Below, piece by piece: positions 1 to 7,176 of a stretch of DNA of 24,000 nt. Made by a program: the position numbers and the translations under genes. The stretch covers positions 34,235 to 58,234 of the forward strand of contig CAVXAR010000006.1 in assembly GCA_963759795.1 (NCBI GenBank), in the 5' to 3' direction. The stretch is from Vicinamibacteraceae bacterium. Its GTDB lineage: Bacteria > Acidobacteriota > Vicinamibacteria > Vicinamibacterales > Vicinamibacteraceae. The notes under the pieces were generated by a model that did no database searches, was not told the origin of the DNA, and saw only the letters and a list, made by a program, of their open reading frames with translations. The stretch's first letter is position 1. Every line of letters begins with the position of its first letter.

Positions 1-1932
1 CTGGCCCTTGCTCGTGACCTCGCGCTGCGCGTCGGCGACAAACTCGCTCACCGGACGGCTGCCGAGATCCCCACCTTGCCTGCTGCGTACCGACACGGTC
101 CCCTCGGCGACTTCCTTGTCGCCGACGACCAGCATGAACGGCACCTTCTGCAGCTGGGCTTCCCGGATCTTGTACCCGATCTTCTCCTGCCGGTCATCTA
201 GCCCGGCCCGCAACCCTGCCGCGACCAGCTCTGCCCGGACCTGCGCGCCGTACCCGGCGTGCCGATCGGCAATCGGCAGCACGACCGCCTGCACCGGCGC
301 CAGCCACAGCGGAAACGCGCCGGCAAAGTGCTCGATCAGCAGCGCGATGAACCGCTCGAAGCTGCCGAAGATGGCCCGGTGGATGACCACCGGCCGGTGC
401 TCGGCGTTGTCGGCCCCCACGTAGGTCAGGTCGAACCGCTCGGGCATCTGGTAGTCGAGCTGGATCGTCGCACACTGCCACTTCCGCCCGATCGCGTCGG
501 TGACGTCGAAGTCGATCTTCGGCCCATAGAAGGCGCCGTCACCCTCGTTCAGGGTGTAGGCCTGGCCCTCGCCCTCCAGCGCCGCCCTGAGCTGCGCCTC
601 GGCATGATCCCACGTCTCGCGCGCCCCGAGGTACTCGTCCGGACGGGTCGACAGCTTGACCTCGTAGGTGAGCCCGAGGTCGCCGTAGACCTGGCGCACC
701 AGCCCGAGCAGACGCTGGACTTCCTCGCCAATCTGCTCCTGCATCACGAAGCAGTGCGCGTCGTCCTGCGAGAACTGCCGCACCCGCGTCAAGCCGCCGA
801 GCACGCCCGAGGCCTCGTTGCGGTGCAGCGCCGTCTGCTCGTGCAGACGCAGCGGCAGGTCGTGGTAGCTCCGCACCTGGCTGGCGAACACGAGCATGTG
901 GCCCGGGCAGTTCATGGCCTTGAGCGCCATGTCTTCGCCCTCGTCACCCTCGAGGACGAACATGTTCTCGCGGTAATGGTGCCAGTGGCCCGAGGTTTCC
1001 CATAACGCCTTGTTGAAGACGATCGGCGTCTTCACTTCGTCGTAGCCGGCCGGGTAGAGGACGGTGCGCATGTACTCGGCCAGGCCGTTGTAGAGCACCG
1101 TGCCCTTGTGCAGCCAGAAAGCCGCACCCGGGGCCCACGGGTGGAACATGAACAGCCCGAGCTCCTTGCCGACCTTGCGGTGGTCCCGCTTGCGGGCTTC
1201 CTCGAGACGTGCCAGGTGCGCCTGCAGGTCCTTGTCGCTGAAGAAGGCCGTGCCGTAGACCCGCTGCATCGGCTGGTTTTTCGCGTCGCCCTTCCAGTAC
1301 GCGCTCGACGTCGTCGTCAGCTTGAACGCCTTCAGCTTGCCGGTCGAGGGCACGTGCGGGCCGAGGCAGAAGTCGACGAAGGTGTCGCGGTCCCGGATGG
1401 TGTAGACCGAAACCTCGGCCTGCCCCTCGGTTTTTTCCTCGATCAGCTGGACTTTCAACGGCTCACCGCGTTCGGCGAAGAACCGCAGCGCCTCGTCGCG
1501 GGGCCAGCGTTGCTGCTCGAAGACCTCGTCGGCCTGCGCCAGGCGCCGCATCTCGGCCTCGATTTTCTCGAGATCCTCGGGCACGAACGGCGTCTCGACC
1601 ACGAAGTCGTAGTAGAAGCCGGACAACTCCTCACGCGCCGGGCCGATGCCGCACTGTGTGCCGGGAAACAACCGGGTCACGGCCGCGGCCAGCAGATGGG
1701 CGGTGCTGTGCCGATAGACGTGCAGCGCTTCGGGCCCGTCTGCCGTGAGGATCTGGACCCGCGCGTCGGTGGTCAGCGGAAAGGACAGATCGACCAGCTG
1801 GTCGTCCACCTTCGCCACCAGCGCGGCCTTGGCCAGCCGCGGAGAAATCTCGGCGGCCACGTCCCGCACGGGCGTACCGGCAGCCACGGATCGCTGCGAT
1901 CCGTCGGGAAGCGTGACTAGAACGGGGAACAT
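1..1932 (-). CDS. thrS: Threonine--tRNA ligase (ThrRS); last C-terminal residues run off the window start
   Basis: Absent from the ORF track because there is no stop in the window. Hand translation from ATG 1932..1930 gives 644 open codons. Diagnostic stretches: MFPVLVTLPDGSQRSVAAGTPVRDVAAEISPRLAKAALVAKVDDQLVDLS (TGS domain), YRHSTAHLLAAAVTRLFPGTQCGIGPAREELSGFYYDF, KAMNCPGHMLVF, LHRNEASGVLGGLTRVRQFSQDDAHCF, DGAFYGPKIDF, HRAIFGSFERFIALLIEHFAGAFPLWLAPVQAVVLPI. Plus-strand ORFs 259..1005 and 1108..1920 are antisense shadows. Confidence 0.95.
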   Translation of the reverse strand, partial: MFPVLVTLPDGSQRSVAAGTPVRDVAAEISPRLAKAALVAKVDDQLVDLSFPLTTDARVQILTADGPEALHVYRHSTAHLLAAAVTRLFPGTQCGIGPAREELSGFYYDFVVETPFVPEDLEKIEAEMRRLAQADEVFEQQRWPRDEALRFFAERGEPLKVQLIEEKTEGQAEVSVYTIRDRDTFVDFCLGPHVPSTGKLKAFKLTTTSSAYWKGDAKNQPMQRVYGTAFFSDKDLQAHLARLEEARKRDHRKVGKELGLFMFHPWAPGAAFWLHKGTVLYNGLAEYMRTVLYPAGYDEVKTPIVFNKALWETSGHWHHYRENMFVLEGDEGEDMALKAMNCPGHMLVFASQVRSYHDLPLRLHEQTALHRNEASGVLGGLTRVRQFSQDDAHCFVMQEQIGEEVQRLLGLVRQVYGDLGLTYEVKLSTRPDEYLGARETWDHAEAQLRAALEGEGQAYTLNEGDGAFYGPKIDFDVTDAIGRKWQCATIQLDYQMPERFDLTYVGADNAEHRPVVIHRAIFGSFERFIALLIEHFAGAFPLWLAPVQAVVLPIADRHAGYGAQVRAELVAAGLRAGLDDRQEKIGYKIREAQLQKVPFMLVVGDKEVAEGTVSVRSRQGGDLGSRPVSEFVADAQREVTSKGQ

Positions 1933-1999
1933 GCCGCCAACACTGGTCTCCACAGCCGAGGCCGGCTGGAATCACAACCGGTGAGCGGGTGGCTGGAAA

Positions 2000-2075
2000 T
2001 GGTAGGCACGGGCGGAATCGAACCGCCGACCTCCTGCGTGTCAAGCAGGCGCTCTAACCCCTGAGCTACGCGCCT
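2000..2075 (-). tRNA. tRNA-Val, anticodon GAC, 3' CCA encoded
   Basis: Cloverleaf folded by hand on the minus strand. Acceptor AGGCGCG/CGUGCCU (one G-U). D arm GCUC-AGGGGUUA-GAGC. Anticodon arm CCUGC-UUGACAC-GCAGG. Variable AGGUC. T arm GGCGG-UUCGAUU-CCGCC. Discriminator A, then CCA. 76 nt. Confidence 0.9.
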
Positions 2076-2109
2076 ACAGCCATTCGCACAAGCCCCTGTG
2101 CGAACAGGC

Positions 2110-2139
2110 ATCTTACAGCGGAGCCGTTGGAGGACGCAA
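2110..2139 (-). promoter_or_regulatory. Candidate sigma70-type promoter for tRNA-Val (and possibly thrS)
   Basis: Minus strand reads TTGCGT (complement of 2134-2139), 18 nt, TAAGAT (complement of 2110-2115), about 35 nt upstream of the tRNA 5' end. An 8-bp hairpin (2083-2090 / 2097-2104) lies between it and the tRNA. Motif match only. Confidence 0.3.
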
Positions 2140-2143
2140 GAAA

Positions 2144-3323
2144 CTACGCCGCCGCCTTTGCCGGCAGCTTGCCGCCAGCGGTCTCGAGCGCCTTGTCGAG
2201 AATGGGATCTTCGGCCGCCGCGGGGGCGCCGAACTCGCGGTCCGGCTCGGCGACGGGCACGGTGGGGACCAGGCCGGTCCCGTGGATGGCCGTGCCCTTG
2301 GGCGACAGCCACCGCGCGTAGGTGAGCCACAGGCCGCTGCCATCGGGCAGCTTCACCAGCTTTTGCGCGGCAGCCCGGCCCAGTGTCCGCTCGCCGACAA
2401 TCCTTGCCCGATCGTTGTCCACGAGGGCGGCCGAGAACACCTCTGCCGCCTGTGAGGTCCCGTTGGTGGTCAGCACCGTGACCGGCAGGGTGATGCTGCC
2501 GTCGCCCGGCTTCGCCTCGGTCTTCTGCTGGCCCTGGTTGCGTGCCTCGCGGATGGCGAGGGTCCCCGTCTTGACGAACAGGCGGGCCGCCTCGGCGCCG
2601 AGGGCCGGATCGCCGTCGGCGGTGTGGCGGAGGTCGACCAGCACCTGCGTGGCACCCTGCCGTGTGAGATCGGCGACTGCCTGCTTCATCTGGTCCGAGG
2701 TGCGCTCGCCGAATGCCGGGACCCGGAGCAGGCCCACGCCGGGGGCGGCGATGCGGCTCGACACGTCGGCCGGCTGCGGCGCCGCGCGCGTCAACGGGAC
2801 TTCGTGGGTGTCGGTCTGGCTGCCACGAAGCACCGTGAGCATGACCTTGGAGCCGACCGCGCCGCCGAGCAGGCGCTGCCCCTCGTGCAGGGAGAGGTGG
2901 CGCGTCGACTTGCCGTCGATGGCGCGGATGTAGTCGCCGGTCTGCAGGCCGGCCTGGGCGGCGGGTGACCCGTCGCGCGCCGCCACCACCCGCAGGTAGT
3001 ACTGCCGCGTCAGCGAGAGGCCGGTCACCCCGGCCGGCTCCGGACCGGCACGCTTCGACCAGCGCGACCTGCGCAGCATCGAGATAGGAGCTGTCGGGGT
3101 CGAGCCCTTCGGCCAGGCCGAGCATGGCCCCGTCGAGCACCGTGTCGGTGCTGGGCTCCTCGACGTAGCTCCCGAAAATCAGCGACACCACGTCGTCGAA
3201 GACGCGCAGGTGCGGGTAGGCGCCCGGCGGCGTGCGCTGCTGCCCCAGCAGTCCGCCGACCAGCGTGAAGAGCACGAGGGGCGTCGTCAGCAACAGCACG
3301 AGAAAGCGGGTGCGGGTGGTCAT
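2144..3323 (-). pseudogene. S41 family C-terminal processing peptidase homolog (Ctp/Prc-like, TM anchor + PDZ + S41 core); frame broken by a 1-nt shift (assembly indel or pseudogene)
   Basis: Two frames make one gene. From ATG 3323 (frame of ORF 1917..3323): MTTRTRFLVLLLTTPLVLFTLVGG...GAMLGLAEGLDPDSSYLDAAQVALVE. ORF 2144..3079 continues with KRAGPEPAGVTGLSLTRQYYLRVVAARDGSPAAQAGLQTGDYIRAIDG (PDZ) and VLTTNGTSQAAEVFSAALVDNDRARIVGERTLGRAAAQ (S41 core). The frames differ by 1 nt, with the junction between about 3032 and 3062. Confidence 0.85.
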
Positions 3324-3342
3324 CAGCAGTTTTCAGGCGCGA

Positions 3343-4557
3343 CTACGGGCGTTTCAGCCATTGTAGGGGATCGACGGGACGACCGTCGACGCGGACCTCG
3401 AGATAGAGCGCGGCGGTCCCATCGGGCGCGTCCCCGACTGCGCCGACGATGGCGTCGGTGTCGACGGTTGTGCCCCGTTGGACGCCAACCGACGAGAGAT
3501 AGCCGTACAGCGAGTATGCCTGTCGCCCGTGATCGACGATCACCAGCTGTCCGAAACCGGCAAAGGCGCCGGCAAAGACCACCGTGCCGGGGTGAACGAC
3601 CCGGACGGGCGTGCCGGGGGTGGTGGCAATGGTCACGCCGTTGTTGACCGTGCTGGTGCCGAAGCGGGTGTCGCGCTGCCGCCCGAAGCGTCCGGCCACG
3701 GCTCCCTGCACCGGCCACGGCAGCTGCTGCCTGCGGGTGCCGAAGGGCACGCGCGTGACCGCCGCCCCGGCGGGGCCCGCGACACCCGACGCGGTTCCCG
3801 GTGTCGGCGAGGCGCCGGCGATCGTGGCGTCGAGTCTGGTCCGTGCGGCGACCAGCTCGGCCAGCCAGCGCTGGCGCTGGTCGGTCTCCTGCTCGAGCGA
3901 GGCCAGCAGTTCCTGCTTGCGCCCGTACGCCGCGTCGGCGGCGGCCCGTCGCGCGCGCGCCTCGGTTTCGAGCGCCTGCGCCTCCTGGCGGCGCGCCGAC
4001 AGGCGGGTAGAGGTCTGTGTGAGGTCGGACGCAACCTGCGTATACGCGGCGAGGCGTCGACCGTCGTCCCTGGCGAGGTAGTGCATCAAGCGGGCGGCCC
4101 GACCGACGTCCCTGGCGCTGGAGGCATTCCAGGCGACCCGGGCGTAGCCGACGCGGCCGAGCCGCTGCAGGCGCCGCAGCCGGGCGGCAACCGCGGGCCG
4201 CTGCTTGTCGAGCGTCGCCTGCAACTGGGTCTGGCGGGCGTCCAGCGCGTCGAGGTCGGCCTGCAGCAGGACCAGGGCCTGCCGCGCCTGCGTCTCCCTG
4301 GCGCGCTGCAGGTCGCGCTGCACGTCGAGGCGGCGCAGTTCATCGAGCACGGAAGTGGACTGCCGCTCGAGCACCGCCGCCTCGCGCGTCAGCGCTTCGA
4401 TGCGGGCGCGCGTCGCCTGCTGGGCCTTGGCCGCCTCGGCCGCCTGCACCAGTGCGGAAGGCGGCGAGGTGCCTTCGGGCCGGGTGGCCGGGCTGGGCTG
4501 CTCCAGCGTCGGCAACTGCGACGCCAGGAGAATCGCGAGGAGCAGGACGGCCGTCAC
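3343..4557 (-). CDS. EnvC-like murein hydrolase activator: signal peptide, long coiled coil, degenerate (non-catalytic) LytM/M23 domain
   Basis: ORF 3343..4557, GTG start. The N-terminal 250 aa are Q/R/A/L-rich heptad-like sequence. The C-terminus matches the M23 fold (LPWPVQGAVAGRFG...GTPVRVVHPGTVVFAG...GFGQLVIVDHG...VDPLQWL). All metal-ligand motifs are replaced: HxGxD -> NNGVT, YxH -> YGY, HLHFE -> ALYLE. Confidence 0.85.
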   Translation of the reverse strand: MTAVLLLAILLASQLPTLEQPSPATRPEGTSPPSALVQAAEAAKAQQATRARIEALTREAAVLERQSTSVLDELRRLDVQRDLQRARETQARQALVLLQADLDALDARQTQLQATLDKQRPAVAARLRRLQRLGRVGYARVAWNASSARDVGRAARLMHYLARDDGRRLAAYTQVASDLTQTSTRLSARRQEAQALETEARARRAAADAAYGRKQELLASLEQETDQRQRWLAELVAARTRLDATIAGASPTPGTASGVAGPAGAAVTRVPFGTRRQQLPWPVQGAVAGRFGRQRDTRFGTSTVNNGVTIATTPGTPVRVVHPGTVVFAGAFAGFGQLVIVDHGRQAYSLYGYLSSVGVQRGTTVDTDAIVGAVGDAPDGTAALYLEVRVDGRPVDPLQWLKRP

Positions 4558-4654
4558 CCCACCAGTATCGGCGAAATGCCGCGGTCCGACTCGGCGAGGC
4601 CGAGAGTGGCAGCCGTCGGGCAGTGGCGTGCGGCGGTGCTGCTACGCTGTGCGC

Positions 4655-5098
4655 GTGCGCGTGCTGGCCTTCGACCTCGGTGTCCGCCGGACAGGCGTCG
4701 CGATCAGCGACGCCTCGGGAACGCTGGCGCGGCCGATGGAGGTCGTCGAAGGCACCTCGCTCAAGGCGCAGTGGACCGCCTTGCTCGACCTGATCGCCCG
4801 CGTCCAGGTCGATGACGACCCACTCGAGGCGATCGTGGTGGGGGTGCCTCACCGCCTGGACGGCACGCCCACCGACTTCACGCCCGAAGGCCCTCGACTT
4901 CGTGGCCCGCCTGTCGCGGCGCGTCAGCCGTGCCCGTGGTCGCCGCTCGACGAGCGGCTGACCAGCGTCGAGGCCGAGGCGCTGCTGTCGATGCGCGAAC
5001 ACGACTGGCGCCGGCGCAAGGCGCACCTCGACGCCGCGGCGGCGGCCGTGCTGCTGCAGGAATATCTGGACTCCCGACAAAGGACACCCACGGCGTGA
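4655..5098 (+). CDS. ruvX: Putative pre-16S rRNA nuclease / Holliday junction resolvase-like protein RuvX (YqgF); central 60 nt look locally frame-scrambled
   Basis: The C-terminal part of ORF 4205..5098 reads VRVLAFDLGVRRTGVAISD...IVVGVPHRLDGTPT...DERLTSVEAEALL...AAAAVLLQEYLD. I chose GTG 4655 to give MRVLAFDLG; 4649 and 4661 are alternatives. See the finding on 4886..4948. Confidence 0.85.
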   Translation: MRVLAFDLGVRRTGVAISDASGTLARPMEVVEGTSLKAQWTALLDLIARVQVDDDPLEAIVVGVPHRLDGTPTDFTPEGPRLRGPPVAARQPCPWSPLDERLTSVEAEALLSMREHDWRRRKAHLDAAAAAVLLQEYLDSRQRTPTA

Positions 5099-6133
5099 AG
5101 CGACTCGTTGTCCTCTTGCTCCTGGTGGCAGTGATCGCAGCCGTCGGCGGCGCCCTGTGGGTGACGCGTCAGGTCGCGGCAGCCGTTTGCCACCTTCTCC
5201 GGCGAGCAGTTCATCGAGATTCCCCCCGGCGAAAGCACTGCCGGGATCGGCCGGCGTCTGATTGCCGGCGGCGTCATCCGCGACGAACTGACGTTCCGGC
5301 TGGCGATGCGCTGGCACGGGCGGGGACGTTCGCTCAAGGCGGGCGAGTATCGCTTCACCGGCCCGACGTCGCCGGCCGACGTGATCGACCGGCTCGCGCG
5401 CGGCGAGGTCCACCTCGTGTCGCTGACGTTTCCCGAAGGGCTGACCGTGGCTGAAATGGCGCAGCTGTTCGCGCAGAGCCAGCCGGGATCGGCCGCAGGC
5501 TTCGTCGAGGCGGCCGGCGATCCGTCGGCAATCAAGGCAATCGACCCGCAGGCCGACACGCTCGAGGGCTATCTGTTCCCCGACACTTACAACTTGCCGC
5601 GCCAGATCGATGGCGCGGCGATGGTCAGCCGGATGGTCAAGCGCTTCACCTCGGTGTTCGACGAGGACATGCGGCGTCGTGCCGAAGCCACGGGCCTGAC
5701 CGTGCGGCAGATCATGGCGATTGCCGCATTGGTCGAGAAGGAAACGGCCCGCGGCGAAGAACGTCCGCTGGTGGCGGCGGTGTATCGCAATCGCCTGCGC
5801 ATCGGCATGCCGATGCAGGCCGATCCCACGGTGATCTACGCGCTCAAGCGGGCCGGGCGCTGGAACGGCAACATCCGCAAGGTCGATCTCGACTTCGACT
5901 CGCCGTACAACACGTACCGCTATCCCGGGCTGCCGCCGGGTCCGATTGCTTCACCGGGCAAGGCCGCCATCGAAGCCACGATCGCGCCGGCGGAGGTGGA
6001 CTACCTGTACTTCGTCAGCCGCAACGACGGCTCGCACGCCTTTGCCGCCACCCTGCCCGAGCACAATCGCAACGTGCAGACGTGGCAGGTCGAGTACTTC
6101 AGAAAACGGCGAGCGCAGAACGTCGAACGCTGA
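5095..6133 (+). pseudogene. mltG: Endolytic murein transglycosylase MltG (YceG family); frame broken by a 1-nt shift just after the TM anchor (assembly indel or pseudogene)
   Basis: GTG 5095 (GTGA overlap with the ruvX stop) opens VKRLVVLLLLVAVIAAVGGALWVTRQVAA in one frame. The ORF 5306..6133 frame, open back to TGA 5162-5164, reads PFATFSGEQFIEIPPGESTAGIGRRLIAGGVIRDELTFRLAMRW...LEGYLFPDTY...LVEKETARGEERPLVAAVYRNRL...YNTYRYPGLPPGPIASPG. The junction lies within 5165-5185. Confidence 0.88.
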
Positions 6134-6140
6134 CCCCCGT

Positions 6141-6228
6141 CTGCCTGCCGACTGCCGACGGCCGACTGCCGATTACGGCCGCCTGCGACGGCCGATTGCG
6201 ATTGCCGATTGCCGACTGCCGACTGCCG
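6141..6228. repeat. Degenerate tandem heptanucleotide tract, about 12 units of YKGCCGA
   Basis: Read directly: ctgccga ctgccga cggccga ctgccga (irregular ttacggccgc) ctgcga cggccga ttgcga ttgccga ttgccga ctgccga ctgccg. Intergenic, between the convergent stops of mltG (6133) and nadK (6279). Confidence 0.85.
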
Positions 6229-6252
6229 CCTGGCGATGCCCTGGCGAAGGCC

Positions 6253-6276
6253 GACGGCCGCCCCCCGAAGGCCGTC
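6253..6276. terminator. GC hairpin between convergent mltG and nadK, candidate bidirectional terminator
   Basis: GACGGCC (6253-6259) pairs with GGCCGTC (6270-6276) across a 10-nt loop, followed by TTCT on the plus strand. It ends 3 nt from the nadK stop codon. No strong U-tract. Confidence 0.4.
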
Positions 6277-6278
6277 TT

Positions 6279-7176
6279 CTAGCGCTCCGCCCAGCGCAGC
6301 TTCTGGCGCAGCACCTGGAAGTAGGCGTGCGAGTCGGGCTTGAGCAGGCGCAGCGCGTAGGTCGCGCGGTGGATGAGGACGCTGTCGTCGGGACCGAGGA
6401 TGTCGCCGATCTGGCCGTCGAAGGTGACGTAGGTTTCCTCGAGCGAGGACCGCGCCGCTTCGCCGGAGACGACGATCTCGAGGGCCGTCGCGGCCGGCAG
6501 CACCACGGGGCGATTGGTCAGCGTGTGTGGGGCGATTGGCGTCAGCACCAGCGCGTCCACGCCGGGATGGACGATCGGCCCGCCGGCCGAGAGGTTGTAG
6601 GCCGTCGAGCCGGTCGGTGAGGCGACGATCAGGCCGTCGGCCTTGAAGCGCGCGATCAGCTGCCCATCGGCGGAGGCGACCAGGTCGATCATCCGCGACA
6701 GCGCCCCCTTGGTGATGACCACGTCGTTCAGCGAGATGCGGCGCACCTGGACGCCGTCGGCGCGTCGCACGATCGACTCGAGCATCATCCGCCGCTCTTC
6801 GTGGGCGGTCCCGGCCAGCACCTGCGCCAGCGCTTCGAAGACCTCGGTCACTCGCACCTCGGTCAGGAAGCCGAGGCTGCCGAAGTTCACCGCCACCACC
6901 GGCACGTCGAAGCCGCCGGTGGCCAGGCGGCCCGCTGTGCCGAGCAGGGTCCCGTCGCCACCGAGCACGATGATCAACTGCTCGTCGCGCCCGAGATCGT
7001 CCGGCTCGCAGGTGCGTCCTGGCAGCGGCGACCGAGCCAGCCGCGCGGTCGCCGTCTCGAAGCACGGCTCGATACCGCGGCCGGTCAGCCAGCCGGCCGA
7101 GTTCTCCGAGCAGGTCGGACGCTTCGGTCAGTCCGGGCTTGGCCACCAGGCCGACCCGACGGATGGGGGACGTCAT
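6279..7176 (-). pseudogene. nadK: NAD kinase; frame broken by a 1-nt shift after about 25 codons (assembly indel or pseudogene)
   Basis: ATG 7176 opens MTSPIRRVGLVAKPGLTEASDLLGEL. The adjacent frame, which has a stop at 7130..7128, continues AGWLTGRGIEPCFETATARLARSPLPGRTCEPDDLGRDEQL. It runs into ORF 6279..6977: IIVLGGDGTLLG...VVAVNFGSLGFLTE...ASPTGSTAYNLSAGGPIV...YFQVLRQKLRWAER. The junction is near 7085-7104. Confidence 0.9.

Noticed and set aside
259-1920. Long plus-strand ORFs 259..1005 (248 aa) and 1108..1920 (270 aa)
   Set aside because: They lie antisense to a flawless 644-codon thrS reading frame. Their proteins are R/L/V/G/H-rich shadow sequence, typical of the complement of GC-rich genes.
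2000-2075. tRNA-Val as the attachment site of a genomic island
   Set aside because: No integrase, no direct repeat of the tRNA 3' half and no compositional break are visible on either side. The neighbours are core genes (thrS, ctp).
3478-5413. Large overlapping ORFs 3478..4815 (+, 445 aa) and 4340..5413 (-, 357 aa), plus several 60-160 aa ORFs in the same area
   Set aside because: They are shadow frames of envC-like, ruvX and mltG with low-complexity Arg/Gly/Ala/Pro composition. The annotated frames carry recognisable family motifs.
6082-6282. ORF 6082..6282 (+, 66 aa) and the minus-strand frame across the heptamer tract as repeat-containing peptides
   Set aside because: The 7-nt period cannot maintain a reading frame. 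The ORF overlaps the mltG 3' end and simply runs through intergenic repeat DNA, and there is no RBS.
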